From: Candidatus Saccharimonadota bacterium | GTDB lineage: Bacteria > Patescibacteriota > Saccharimonadia > Saccharimonadales > Saccharimonadaceae | Assembly: GCA_023898645.1 (NCBI GenBank) | Contig: CP060232.1 | Coordinates: 90,001-122,000, forward strand | Direction of reading: 5' to 3' | Length of the DNA: 32,000 nt | The notes under the pieces: generated by a model | Told to the model about the DNA's origin: nothing | Database searches by the model: none | The model's input: the letters and a program-made list of their open reading frames with translations, nothing else | Part shown: positions 1 through 12,822 of the stretch, one piece after another | Layout of the letters: the number at the start of each line of letters is the position of its first letter | Position numbering within the stretch: the stretch's first letter is position 1 | Translations under genes and position numbers: made by a program

Positions 1-2451
<2,451 letters not shown>

Positions 2452-2452
2452 C

Positions 2453-5400
2453 ATGAAGCAGCGTATATATCAAAACTATCGACGGATTCGTTTCATACTT
2501 TTGAAGCGGTGGTATCGTTTGCTTTCGCATCCATTCTGGGCGAAACATTTTGGGCATTTACGTCGACGTACGAAGCGAGCTGTATCACTCGCGGTCACAT
2601 CGATGCTTATTGTTCTTATGTTGTTTTCTCTCGTATTTCAGGCGGCACAAGTTCAGGCGCAAACGCATTCACTCGGTTCGAAAGATCTGCTAGACGGAAC
2701 GATGCAATACGGAACGACTCAGCTGACTAACCAAAATACTCAACTTTCGCTTCAACAGGGATACGTTGGTTCCTGGGACAACTCAACTATCGATGGTATT
2801 CAACCTGTCCAGACGTATACACGCGGCACGGGAACGTTGGCCTATGGTCCAAATAATATACTCTATAGTCTGTCAAATATGGGAGGACAGTGCTACTTTC
2901 GATCGTATGACATAGAGATGCAGCAGTGGAATATTCTCAAAAGTGTACCAATTGCGTGTGGGGCAGGGTCGCATATTGTAAGTGACGGTACGCAATATAT
3001 TTATTATTTCGCTGGTGACTCTACTAGTGTATTTTATCGATACGATATCGGTGGTGATTCATGGGACAAACTGGCGGACGTTCCTTCTCAGGTGGGTGGC
3101 TATAGTGACGCAACTTACGTCGTCAAAAATAATGTCGGATACGTCTATTTGTTTAGAGGTGCTTCATCGGCATCTTTTCTGCGCTACAACGTGTCGACAA
3201 AGGTCTGGGATTCATTATCCTCATTTCCGACATCATCAACGGTAGCATATGGTATTGCCATGGTGTGGGACCAGGCAGATTCAATTTACGCAATTAATAA
3301 CCGTGTGGGTGAGTTCAAAAAATATACAATTAGTACAAATTCGTGGACAGACATATCCTCGCTTAGTTATCCGAATACGCATGTCACTATGCATTATGTA
3401 AACGGCTCGATTATTGCAGTTAAATTGCAGTATTGGCCCTATACGGTGCACGGTGCAATTCAGTCGTACAATATTGCCACAAACACGTGGACTGATTTAC
3501 CGAAGCCGCCGGTAGCAGCAACGAACTATGGCTGGACGCCGCCGTCGGCGTATGACGGCTCACGCTACATATACGCAGAATACGGAACTGATTTGCGACA
3601 GGATATATTTCGTTACGACACTCAGACGCAGTCGTGGGACTCAACGTCGTTGTATCAGCTAGATAATGACGATAGTGATTGGCATCAGGGTATGATTTAC
3701 GACGGTGTACAAACCGTCTACTACACTGGGGGCACCGGTTCTGGCAGTGTGGACCGTGTGTATAAATACGATTTATCGACAAGGCAGACCACCTTGATTG
3801 GTAGTCAGATTAATACTACCAGCGGTTGGAAAGGTGTGTATAAGTCGGGCGATCTATATATGTTGCCTTATGCGGGAAATACGATTTTTCAGAAATATAA
3901 CATAGCGACAAATGCGTGGACGCAGCTAGCAGACCTGCCTTATGCAACGAACTGGGGACTTGACATCGTCGATGGCAATGATGGCTATTTGTATGCAGTG
4001 ACTGGCGGTAGAAACGAATTTTGGCGGTACAGCATAGCAACAAATGCGTGGACGCAGATGGCAAATATACCATTGCGACCATATACCGGCGGGGGACTTA
4101 CCCGAATAGGAACTACGATCTATGCATCTACGGGTGGCAGTTACAGTCACTTCTACAAATACAACATGTCAACAAATACATGGACGCAGATTACAAACTT
4201 TATACCGAACGGCAAGATTGATCATGGTGGGTTTATCACGGCTGACGGTTCGAGGTATGTGTACATTGGAGCGGGTACGAGAACTGACCCACTGAATCGT
4301 CGTCTGTATCGCTTTGACACGACGAACGAAACCTGGCAACGATTGGCAGACTTGCCGGCACCAACCAATGTAAATGCATCAGCTTTTTATGATTCTACGA
4401 GTAGTAAACTGTATGTTGCACAAAGTTGGGATTCACCGAGACTTTGGAATTGGAGCCCGAGCGCTGCAAATTATGTAACGTCTGGTACATGGTATTCAAA
4501 GCCAATCAACCTAACGCAAGTACAATCCTGGCAACCACTTCAGACAACATCGGGGGGCACGGGAACGACAACTATCTATACCCGTACATCGAGCAATGGA
4601 CGACTTTGGACTGATTGGCAGGCGACGACTGGTACCACAATTAATTCACCGGTCAACAAATACATACAACTCAAGGTAAGACTTTCGGGCGACGGAAGTA
4701 GTACGCCGACCATATCAAACATAGACATCCAGTACGACCAAGAAACAGTACCGCCGAACTTGCCTTCGCAATTTACGGCTTACGACAAGTCTGGGGGGGC
4801 GACGCAGCTGACGTCTGGGCAAACCTACGAATACGAACACCCGTACTTTACCTGGGCTGGCGCAAGTGACGGGAACAACGGCTCTGGTGTGGATGGGTAC
4901 TACGTTTACTTCGGAACTGATTCAAGTGCTGATCCTGCAACAGACGGTAACTATCAAACTGATGCGACATATACAGTCGCGGCACCGATGACGGCGGGTG
5001 ACGTGTACTATGTGCGTATAAAAGTGAAAGACAAGCTAGGCAATATAAGCGCTGCTGCTACGTACTTTAGTTATCGCTACTGGTATATTTCGCCGCCAGG
5101 GTCGCAAGTTATGACGTCTGACGCAGACTTTAACAGTGGGACAAATACCCACGTTGCGATAAGTGGTAATGCTATGAAACTTAAAAGCGTTTCGGGCGGG
5201 TCGTGGGGTACAGGGCCAACGGATGCGCTTCCTGACACGCCATACGGATCGTCTGAAGTCATCATAGGTGACTACATGTATATGATGCGCGGATCCAGTA
5301 CTGCAACTATGTGGCGCTACGATTTGTTGAACAAAGTATGGCAGACTATGGCAGATGCGCCCGGTATATTTAGTGTAGGCAGCAGCATGACGTATGACGG

Positions 5401-8400
5401 TAGTAAGTATATTTATACGATTGCCGGAAACAATACGAATAATTTTTATCGCTACGACACTGTAAATGACACGTGGACAACTTTGGTTAATCTTCCAGCA
5501 AGTGCGCAGATTGGATCTGACATCACGTATGTAGGAAACGGTAAAATCGCTATGCTGTTCACCGGAGGTAGGGAATTTTACGTCTATGATATTGCAAGTC
5601 AGGTATTTGGTACGCGACAGAGTTACCCATCTATTATCGGTTACGGCGGTTCGGGTATATGGTATGACGGCAACGACACGATCTATGTAAATATGGGTGG
5701 CGACTACATATGGAATTTTACCGATAATACCAGGGATATATTTGCCGAGTATTCGCTCAGTAACGATACGTGGCGTTCGCTTGCAAAACCACCCGTCAGC
5801 GCGTTCTATACGCAGAACAATCTAGTTAGCGACGGCCACGGGGGCCTCTATATGGTATCAACTGACGCAAACCAGAGCATAGGCAAGAATCAAATGGCGT
5901 TTCGTTATGACATAGCAAGTGATTCGTGGGCTGAAGCTCCGGGCCTAACGTCACAAGTGCTTTATGGATCGATGGTGTCTGATAATAATCGCTATGTTTA
6001 TATCATCCCGTCATACTCCGGCCATAGCCGCGAGCTTATTCGGTACGACACGTGGAATAAAATATATACGCCAACCACTAAGAATATAGATAAATGGGAA
6101 CGCATGAGATGGGACTGGCCGTATAATGCTTGGACTTGGGAAGCAGGAAATGCCACTACGGCAGCGTATGACGGTTCGAAATACGTATACGCGATTGGTG
6201 CTGACGAAGGCGGATTCTCGCGGTTTGTACGATTTGACCCAGACACAGGCGACACGCAATATCTTGCTAACCCATACTACGTGAACCTTGGAGGCTCGAT
6301 AGCTTACTTAGACGGCAGTGTTTATTACATGCGTGGCGGGGGCTCAAGAGAAATGATGCGCTACGATATTGCAACTGACATGTGGTCTCGCATGACGGAC
6401 ATACCTGTCGGTGCACATCGTCCCGGTGCATCGGCATTGCAAGTAGTCGGTTCATCGATATATGTTATGACCGGTTACGGTGGCACTGGATTTTATGAAT
6501 ACACTCCCGACTCCGGTACGGGAACATGGACACAAAAGGCAAATATTCCGGGCGGTATATATTATGGTTCCGCCACGTATGATAGTGCGAATGGTTATAT
6601 CTATGTACTGGCCGGCAACAATAGTGTAAATGACTTTTATCGCTATTCGATCGCTTCCAATACGTGGACGACAATGGCATCGTTACCAACGGTATCTTAT
6701 TACGGCAATGCGATGGTTGTGAACAATGGAAAAATTTATGCCGCGTTGGGGTCGCTTACCACGACAACGTATATCTATGACATCGCAACGGATAGTTGGA
6801 CGCAAGGTACTTCGGCGCCCGAAGCATTTTCACATGGTTCGATATTTATACCTATAAATTCTACACACGCATTAGCAATATCTGGTGATAATAGTCCTAA
6901 TCTTTGGCAGTTTAATTACCCAAGCGCTACAACTGCCTACGAGGGTAGCGCTACGCATGTTTCGCAGATTTTTACGACACCAGGCATTTTTGACTACGCG
7001 GGAATTACTGCTCAAGTCGACATACCTGCTGGTACGAGTGTAGAGTTCTTTACTCGTACGTCAGACGATGCCAATAGCTGGAACGATTGGTCTAGAACGA
7101 ACAACACGAAGTACTATAGCGGACAACTGACGACAATGGTGACTTCGACACCTCATAAATATACGCAGATTAAAGTCGTCATGGAGTCGCAAGATAATTT
7201 ATATACACCGACTGTCAGTAGCTATGCGTTGAACTACTATTATGACGTCGACCCTCCTACTAATCCGTCGGTCATAAACGTGTACAAGACGACAGCAGAG
7301 ACCACTGAGCTTACAAGCGGTGTATGGTACAACAACGCCACTCCGGTATTTGAATGGCCAGACCCAGGACAACCGGGTGGTGCAACCGACGGTCCGCTTG
7401 GGTCTAACCTTGCAGGCTATTGGGTTTATCTAGGTACTGACTCGACGGCGTCTCCTCGAACTGCAGGTCAATTCGTGACCGATAGTAAATACATACCAAA
7501 TCTACAGACGTCGGGTACGTACTACCTTCGCATACAAGCTCAGGACGTCACGGGTAACGTAGACGGTAACATCTACGCACCGTTCGTTTACAAGTTTGAC
7601 AAAGATCCGCCTACGGCTCCAAGTTTTATCACCGTGACGCCAGGCGGCTACACGACGACTAATAATTTCACTTTTGATTGGCCGGCAGCCTATGACGGAC
7701 ACTCTGGGATTTCTGGCTACTGCTATCATACCGGTGCGACTAGTGGTCCATTTGCTACTGAAACTTGTCAGACGGGACGTAACTTGTCTGACGTATCTGC
7801 AGCGTATCTTACAGGGACAAATGTATTATACTTACGTACGCTTGATAATGCGGGCAACTACTCGTCGTCGTATACGACAGTGTCGTTTTACTTCTCGACA
7901 GATCCTCCTAGTCCTCCGACAAACCTTCGCGCAATTCCGCCGTCGTCACCACAAAACCTCTTCGCCTTTGCGTGGGATTTGCCGTCGCTATATTCGGGAG
8001 ACCCTAACCAACTAACGTACTGTTACAGCATAAACGAGCTGCCTTCTGCAATAAACACAACTTGCACGAACGACCGATTTATCTCTGCCTTTAAAGCGGC
8101 AACACAACAGGGGACGAATATCCTGTATATGGTTACTAAAGACGAAGCGGGCAACGTAAACTGGAATAACTACGGCAGCGCGAACTTTATCGCTAATACT
8201 GTTTCGCCTGGAATTCCACTTAATCTTGTTGCGACCGACACTTCGGATCGAGTTTCTGGACGATGGTCACTGACGTTGACGTGGGATAAGCCGACATTTG
8301 AAGGTAATGGTATTGCAGGGTATGTCGTACAACGTTCACCAGACGGTCACACCTTTACTGACATTGGCAACACAAGTACCACCGCATTTGTTGACTTGGA

Positions 8401-9715
8401 TGTTCAGCCAAGTAACACATACTACTATCGAATCATTGCGGCCGATAACGTCGACAACCGTGGTGGTCCGTCGGGTACGGTATCGGCGACGCCGCAGGGA
8501 AGCTTCACATCGCCACCGACTGTTGTCGTGCAGCCTAGCGCGACAGCCAGCTTTGATCAAGCAACGATTCATTGGGTAACGAACCGTGATTCGACAAGTT
8601 TCGTCTATTATGGCACGAATCCTAGTGACCTCAGTCAGAGTAAGGGTACGCTTGATTTGAAAGCTGACCACACTGTCATGATTACTGGTCTTGATCCATC
8701 GTCAACCTATTACTATCGTGTTCAAAGCTTTGACAACGAACGTACCTATAATCTTACAGATGCGTATTCACAAATATTTTATACAAAGACATCCGAGGCG
8801 GCACGAATCTTTAACGTTAATAGCGACAGCACCACACTTTCAAGTACCGTCCTGGGTTGGCAGACGAGCGTGCCTACGCAAACTCGCATAGATTATGGCA
8901 CGACGACGGCTTACGGATTAAGTGCAACGAGCGACGAAGGTCTTGGCACTAACCACACATTTAAGTTAGACAATCTTAATAGTGGCACCACGTATCATTA
9001 CCGGGTTGTGTCGACGACGTCGTTTGGCAGTACGATACGTAGTGACGACTATACATTTACGACTATTTCGCGGCCAATTATCAGCAACGTACGCTTTAAC
9101 CCATTGGTGAATGATCCGACAACCAGTGTAAAGGTGAGCTGGACAACAAATGTACCAACGACATCAACTGTGCATTATCAGGGAACGGGTGTATCTCAGG
9201 AGATGGCAAAGAGTGAACTAACCACCTCGCACGAAATAACACTTCATAATCTTGCGAGCAGCAGTGAGTATGTATTTAACATCGAGGGTCGTGACAGGTA
9301 TGGCGACCTGACGACTTCTGAGGAGCAACGTTGGCGCTCTGGTTACGATACGCGTCCGCCAAGTATAAGTAACACTAGCCTTAGTATGACAACGACGCAG
9401 GGCGTGAGTAACACGCGTGCTCAGTTGATCGTCAGCTGGAAGACGGACGAACCTGCCACGTCACAAGTCGCATACGGTAAATTAAGTAGCGGAAGGCTCG
9501 ATAAGAAAACACCGGTAGACACAGAGCCGACAACGAACCACGTGATTATTGTCTCCGGTCTTGATCTGGCAGATATTTACAAGGTTCAAATCATATCAAG
9601 AGATATCAGTGGTAACAGCGCATACAGCACCCCGACTCTCGTGGTGACGCCAGACAGGGAAACGAGCGTGCTTGATAGCGTGATAACGCTAATGCAGAAA
9701 TTGTTCAGGTTTTAA
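2453..9715 (+). CDS. Giant (2420 aa) secreted or surface-anchored protein: N-terminal signal anchor, two long arrays of Kelch-like beta-propeller blades, multiple FN3-like domains
   Basis: ATG lies 1 nt after the upstream stop. The N-terminus is basic, followed by 'AVSLAVTSMLIVLMLFSLVFQAAQVQA'. About 20 blades carry the motif '[ND]xW[TD]xLxxxP' (NAWTQLADLP, NAWTQMANIP, NTWTQITNF, ETWQRLADLP, KVWQTMADAP, DTWTTLVNLP, NTWTTMASLP, ...). FN3-like units begin 'PPxxP[ST]'. Four C-terminal units have the signature 'IHWVTNxxSTSxVYYG...YYYRVQS'. Confidence 0.9.
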   Translation: MKQRIYQNYRRIRFILLKRWYRLLSHPFWAKHFGHLRRRTKRAVSLAVTSMLIVLMLFSLVFQAAQVQAQTHSLGSKDLLDGTMQYGTTQLTNQNTQLSLQQGYVGSWDNSTIDGIQPVQTYTRGTGTLAYGPNNILYSLSNMGGQCYFRSYDIEMQQWNILKSVPIACGAGSHIVSDGTQYIYYFAGDSTSVFYRYDIGGDSWDKLADVPSQVGGYSDATYVVKNNVGYVYLFRGASSASFLRYNVSTKVWDSLSSFPTSSTVAYGIAMVWDQADSIYAINNRVGEFKKYTISTNSWTDISSLSYPNTHVTMHYVNGSIIAVKLQYWPYTVHGAIQSYNIATNTWTDLPKPPVAATNYGWTPPSAYDGSRYIYAEYGTDLRQDIFRYDTQTQSWDSTSLYQLDNDDSDWHQGMIYDGVQTVYYTGGTGSGSVDRVYKYDLSTRQTTLIGSQINTTSGWKGVYKSGDLYMLPYAGNTIFQKYNIATNAWTQLADLPYATNWGLDIVDGNDGYLYAVTGGRNEFWRYSIATNAWTQMANIPLRPYTGGGLTRIGTTIYASTGGSYSHFYKYNMSTNTWTQITNFIPNGKIDHGGFITADGSRYVYIGAGTRTDPLNRRLYRFDTTNETWQRLADLPAPTNVNASAFYDSTSSKLYVAQSWDSPRLWNWSPSAANYVTSGTWYSKPINLTQVQSWQPLQTTSGGTGTTTIYTRTSSNGRLWTDWQATTGTTINSPVNKYIQLKVRLSGDGSSTPTISNIDIQYDQETVPPNLPSQFTAYDKSGGATQLTSGQTYEYEHPYFTWAGASDGNNGSGVDGYYVYFGTDSSADPATDGNYQTDATYTVAAPMTAGDVYYVRIKVKDKLGNISAAATYFSYRYWYISPPGSQVMTSDADFNSGTNTHVAISGNAMKLKSVSGGSWGTGPTDALPDTPYGSSEVIIGDYMYMMRGSSTATMWRYDLLNKVWQTMADAPGIFSVGSSMTYDGSKYIYTIAGNNTNNFYRYDTVNDTWTTLVNLPASAQIGSDITYVGNGKIAMLFTGGREFYVYDIASQVFGTRQSYPSIIGYGGSGIWYDGNDTIYVNMGGDYIWNFTDNTRDIFAEYSLSNDTWRSLAKPPVSAFYTQNNLVSDGHGGLYMVSTDANQSIGKNQMAFRYDIASDSWAEAPGLTSQVLYGSMVSDNNRYVYIIPSYSGHSRELIRYDTWNKIYTPTTKNIDKWERMRWDWPYNAWTWEAGNATTAAYDGSKYVYAIGADEGGFSRFVRFDPDTGDTQYLANPYYVNLGGSIAYLDGSVYYMRGGGSREMMRYDIATDMWSRMTDIPVGAHRPGASALQVVGSSIYVMTGYGGTGFYEYTPDSGTGTWTQKANIPGGIYYGSATYDSANGYIYVLAGNNSVNDFYRYSIASNTWTTMASLPTVSYYGNAMVVNNGKIYAALGSLTTTTYIYDIATDSWTQGTSAPEAFSHGSIFIPINSTHALAISGDNSPNLWQFNYPSATTAYEGSATHVSQIFTTPGIFDYAGITAQVDIPAGTSVEFFTRTSDDANSWNDWSRTNNTKYYSGQLTTMVTSTPHKYTQIKVVMESQDNLYTPTVSSYALNYYYDVDPPTNPSVINVYKTTAETTELTSGVWYNNATPVFEWPDPGQPGGATDGPLGSNLAGYWVYLGTDSTASPRTAGQFVTDSKYIPNLQTSGTYYLRIQAQDVTGNVDGNIYAPFVYKFDKDPPTAPSFITVTPGGYTTTNNFTFDWPAAYDGHSGISGYCYHTGATSGPFATETCQTGRNLSDVSAAYLTGTNVLYLRTLDNAGNYSSSYTTVSFYFSTDPPSPPTNLRAIPPSSPQNLFAFAWDLPSLYSGDPNQLTYCYSINELPSAINTTCTNDRFISAFKAATQQGTNILYMVTKDEAGNVNWNNYGSANFIANTVSPGIPLNLVATDTSDRVSGRWSLTLTWDKPTFEGNGIAGYVVQRSPDGHTFTDIGNTSTTAFVDLDVQPSNTYYYRIIAADNVDNRGGPSGTVSATPQGSFTSPPTVVVQPSATASFDQATIHWVTNRDSTSFVYYGTNPSDLSQSKGTLDLKADHTVMITGLDPSSTYYYRVQSFDNERTYNLTDAYSQIFYTKTSEAARIFNVNSDSTTLSSTVLGWQTSVPTQTRIDYGTTTAYGLSATSDEGLGTNHTFKLDNLNSGTTYHYRVVSTTSFGSTIRSDDYTFTTISRPIISNVRFNPLVNDPTTSVKVSWTTNVPTTSTVHYQGTGVSQEMAKSELTTSHEITLHNLASSSEYVFNIEGRDRYGDLTTSEEQRWRSGYDTRPPSISNTSLSMTTTQGVSNTRAQLIVSWKTDEPATSQVAYGKLSSGRLDKKTPVDTEPTTNHVIIVSGLDLADIYKVQIISRDISGNSAYSTPTLVVTPDRETSVLDSVITLMQKLFRF
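3901..4057 (+). repeat. Intragenic direct repeat: 25-nt CATAGC[G/A]ACAAATGCGTGGACGCAG at 3901-3925 and 4033-4057, 132 nt apart
   Basis: Read directly from the sequence; one mismatch. The 132-nt spacing is 44 codons, one Kelch blade. Both copies encode IATNAWTQ. This reflects recent blade duplication or homogenisation within the giant gene. Confidence 0.8.
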
Positions 9716-9716
9716 C

Positions 9717-10532
9717 ATGGACAGTAACGGTGGTGGGGCAGATCAGCATGCGAGCCTTGAGCATCAGGTCAAGGCGCCGATTCTTGAAGCTACGGGAGCG
9801 TCTCGCATTTATAAGGTTGGTGGCAACTTGGTGACGACAGTCAGCGACGTTTCACTACAGGTTGGTTTTGGGGACTTTGCCGTCATATTCGGACCGTCTG
9901 GAGCTGGAAAATCAACATTGCTAAATATACTGATGGGTCTTGAAAAGCCGGACGTTGGAGAAGTGTTTTTGAAAGGGGAGTCGCTGTACGGTTATAGCGA
10001 AGAGGATCGGACGATATTACGTAGCAAGCGAATTAGTTATCTGCCGCAAACACAATACTGGATTGAGTTTATGGACGTGACTGATAACGTTGCCTTACCG
10101 TTGATTCTTCAGGGGATGTCGCAACGTAAAGCCCGTGTAAAAGCTCGTGAATGGCTGGAAAAAGTTGGCCTTAAAGAGGAGATGGGTCTTAACCCAGATG
10201 AGTTGTCGTCGGGTCAGCAGCAAAAAGCTGCCTTGGCACGCGCACTTATCAAAGATCCGTGGTTGATTTTTGCCGACGAGCCGACAGCCCACCTTGACTC
10301 TAAGTCTGTCGAAGAGGTCACGGACCTTTTGCTTTCAAGTACCAAAGAGCATGGCGTGACGATCGTAATGGTGACGCACGATCTTAGCTTTTTAAAGTTG
10401 TCGAAAAAGTGGTTTTTCATGAGAGACGGACGGCTATGGGACATCAGAGACAAGCGCAATCCCTTTAATAATATTCGTGACGTACTGGCATACGTCGATT
10501 CTGGTAAGGCCGATCAAGAGGGTGCGTCATGA
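9717..10532 (+). CDS. ABC transporter ATP-binding protein, MacB/LolD/FtsE-like
   Basis: Walker A 'GPSGAGKST', signature 'LSSGQQQKAALARAL', Walker B 'LIFADEPTAHLD', H-loop 'VTHD'. ATG lies 1 nt after the upstream stop. Confidence 0.93.
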   Translation: MDSNGGGADQHASLEHQVKAPILEATGASRIYKVGGNLVTTVSDVSLQVGFGDFAVIFGPSGAGKSTLLNILMGLEKPDVGEVFLKGESLYGYSEEDRTILRSKRISYLPQTQYWIEFMDVTDNVALPLILQGMSQRKARVKAREWLEKVGLKEEMGLNPDELSSGQQQKAALARALIKDPWLIFADEPTAHLDSKSVEEVTDLLLSSTKEHGVTIVMVTHDLSFLKLSKKWFFMRDGRLWDIRDKRNPFNNIRDVLAYVDSGKADQEGAS

Positions 10533-11734
10533 GACTGCGACGGTTTTTATTTCGTTTGGCCCTTCTCAATACATTTAAGCGCCGCTTTCGCGCCAGTTTG
10601 GCAGTTGGCGGAATCGCACTAAGTAGTGGCGTTATGGTGCTTCTGTTTGGCGTGAGCGACGGTCTGAAGTCACTGGTAACGCAAGAAATTTCGAATACCG
10701 ATACGGCAAATGTGATTACAGTGAATCAGCGTAATGTTAAAGAGGTGATACTCGACCAGACAAAGATATCCACCATCAAATCAATCAGCGGAGTTGCCGA
10801 CGTGCAGCAATTAGTCGGTATGGTGGGCGATGTTCAGTATCATGGCAGTATCGTTAGTCTTCCTCTTTATGCGGTCACGAGCGACTTTTTCAGAGTGAGC
10901 CCCGCACAGATCTTAAGTGGTACGACCGATGGGCAACCTAAGGACACGAATATCATTATGAGCACAAAAGCACTTGATACATTCGGCTTGAAACCAAAAG
11001 AGGCGATTAACCGCCCTGTCACTGTCAGTACGTCTATTCCATCTGCAAATGCCGCTGATGGTAAAACGGCGGACGAGTTAAAGGTAAGTCCTGCAAAGTT
11101 TACCATAGTAGGAAGTATTGAAAGGGGTAACCTTCCGGTTGCCTATGTGCCCATGGAATATATGGTTCAGCACGGACTTCAGAGCGTATCGCAACTAAAG
11201 GTTACTGTGACTTACCCTGAAAAGATGTCGGCCGTACGCGAATCAATCGAACAAATGGGGTACCAGACATCCAGCATCCAAGACTCCATAGATCAAGTTA
11301 ACAGAGTATTTTCCGTTATTCAGAGTATCATTTTGCTGTTTGGCGTCATTGCTCTTGTTATTACCGTTGTTGGTACCTTTAATGTCATTACACTTACATT
11401 GATCGAAGAAATGCGCCAAATTGGATTTTTGCGACTTATGGGTATGAAAAAAAGGGCTGTTGGCTTTTTGTTTATCGCTCAGGCAATCATGCTTACAGTG
11501 GTGGGCGCGGTCATTGGATCAGTGTTCGGAGTCGTGGCTGGCTTTGCTGCTAACGGCGCTGCGCAGTCACTTGTTGGGGATACACTTTTTACTGGGCGTG
11601 TCTACGTCTTTTCAATGCCGACCATACAGATTATAATAATCCTTATGCTATCCATATTACTTGGATGGCTAATAGGGTTTATACCGGCCAAAAAAGCCGT
11701 TAAGGTAGGACCGCTAGAGGAGTTACGATCATAG
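10529..11734 (+). CDS. ABC transporter permease, FtsX/MacB type (type VII ABC architecture)
   Basis: ATGA overlap with the upstream ATPase gene. One N-terminal TM, a ~220-aa extracytoplasmic domain, then three C-terminal TMs with an FtsX-like segment ('VITLTLIEEMRQIGFLRLMGMKKRAV'). Confidence 0.9.
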   Translation: MRLRRFLFRLALLNTFKRRFRASLAVGGIALSSGVMVLLFGVSDGLKSLVTQEISNTDTANVITVNQRNVKEVILDQTKISTIKSISGVADVQQLVGMVGDVQYHGSIVSLPLYAVTSDFFRVSPAQILSGTTDGQPKDTNIIMSTKALDTFGLKPKEAINRPVTVSTSIPSANAADGKTADELKVSPAKFTIVGSIERGNLPVAYVPMEYMVQHGLQSVSQLKVTVTYPEKMSAVRESIEQMGYQTSSIQDSIDQVNRVFSVIQSIILLFGVIALVITVVGTFNVITLTLIEEMRQIGFLRLMGMKKRAVGFLFIAQAIMLTVVGAVIGSVFGVVAGFAANGAAQSLVGDTLFTGRVYVFSMPTIQIIIILMLSILLGWLIGFIPAKKAVKVGPLEELRS

Positions 11735-11735
11735 A

Positions 11736-12248
11736 ATGACACTGCAAGGGGTGGTAATTGCCGGTGCACTTGCAGCTGCGATATTGCTGCTGTTTGTTTT
11801 TTTGGTGCGCGTTTGGATTTTAGTTCGGCAGCTTAATACTTCCTTTGCGAAACTGGGGTACTTAGTACGAGAAGATGCAAAAAAGTACTTTGACGATGCG
11901 GCTGGCAAGATTGTAGATACAAATGAACAGTTCCAGGAAATGTATAAAAAAATCGTCATGGAAGGAACGCGTTCAGTACTCAACGAGAGCAGTACTATTA
12001 CCGAAAAGATTATGGTGGATGCTCACGGGCGAGCAAACAACGTCGTACTCGCAGCACGAACCGACGCCCAACAGATACTACAAGCTGCGCAGAAAGAGGC
12101 GGATATTCATGCAAATAGAACGCTTCAGCAAACCGGTGATGTCATAGGGTGGGTAATGTCGCAATATCTTGGTGAGGTATACTCCGTTGCTGATCACGAG
12201 GCCCTAATTGAAAAATTAGTAAAGAATTATACCGATGAGCACAGATAA
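11736..12248 (+). CDS. atpF: F-type ATP synthase subunit b-like (peripheral stalk)
   Basis: Single N-terminal TM ('VVIAGALAAAILLLFVFLV') followed by a long charged helix ('ARTDAQQILQAAQKEADIHANRTLQQ'). Sits immediately 5' of the delta and alpha genes. Starts 1 nt after the permease stop; GAGGAG lies 13 nt upstream. Confidence 0.65.
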   Translation: MTLQGVVIAGALAAAILLLFVFLVRVWILVRQLNTSFAKLGYLVREDAKKYFDDAAGKIVDTNEQFQEMYKKIVMEGTRSVLNESSTITEKIMVDAHGRANNVVLAARTDAQQILQAAQKEADIHANRTLQQTGDVIGWVMSQYLGEVYSVADHEALIEKLVKNYTDEHR

Positions 12249-12822
12249 TAAGCACACACATGTATCGCCAGAAGTACGGGGTTCAATCGGCCGCGAGATT
12301 ATGAGCGTGCTTAATGCCTGCACAATTAACATGTCTTCGGAGCAGACCCTCCGAGAATTACAGCTTACTGTTGAACGACTGACGTTTGCTAGTGAGAATA
12401 TAGGCGAGGACATGTCAATGACTGACGTGGATACTATCTTAGGGGGCGACGTATCTCCTGGCACTATGTCGTTTATTGCCTGGCTACATAAGCGAAACGC
12501 CATTCGCTTGTTGTTCGGAGAGAACGGGCGGATGCTGCTTTCGTTTTGCGTCAGGTACTATCGAAATGTGCAGCAGGTACGATGCAGTACGCCAATTCCT
12601 TTGCGAGAGTCGTTTCGTATAAAGCTACTAACACAATTACGTATATTGTATCCGGAACCGATAAACATCATATTTGAGACCGTACCCTCGCTTGTGGCGG
12701 GCTGTATCATCGATGATGGTCATAAGCGAGTTGACATGAGTTTACAGAGCAAGATACCAAAATTGGTTAGTCAGTACGTTGACGCCACTCGACCAGTTAG
12801 GACTGCGCCTCATGAATCCTAG
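12235..12822 (+). CDS. atpH: F-type ATP synthase subunit delta (OSCP)-like, divergent
   Basis: The C-terminal half parallels OSCP: 'FGENGRMLLS' versus E. coli 'MAENGRLNAL', and 'LVAGCIIDDGHKRVDMSLQSKIPKL' versus '[25 protein letters not shown]'. Overlaps atpF by 14 nt. Confidence 0.65.
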   Translation: MSTDNKHTHVSPEVRGSIGREIMSVLNACTINMSSEQTLRELQLTVERLTFASENIGEDMSMTDVDTILGGDVSPGTMSFIAWLHKRNAIRLLFGENGRMLLSFCVRYYRNVQQVRCSTPIPLRESFRIKLLTQLRILYPEPINIIFETVPSLVAGCIIDDGHKRVDMSLQSKIPKLVSQYVDATRPVRTAPHES

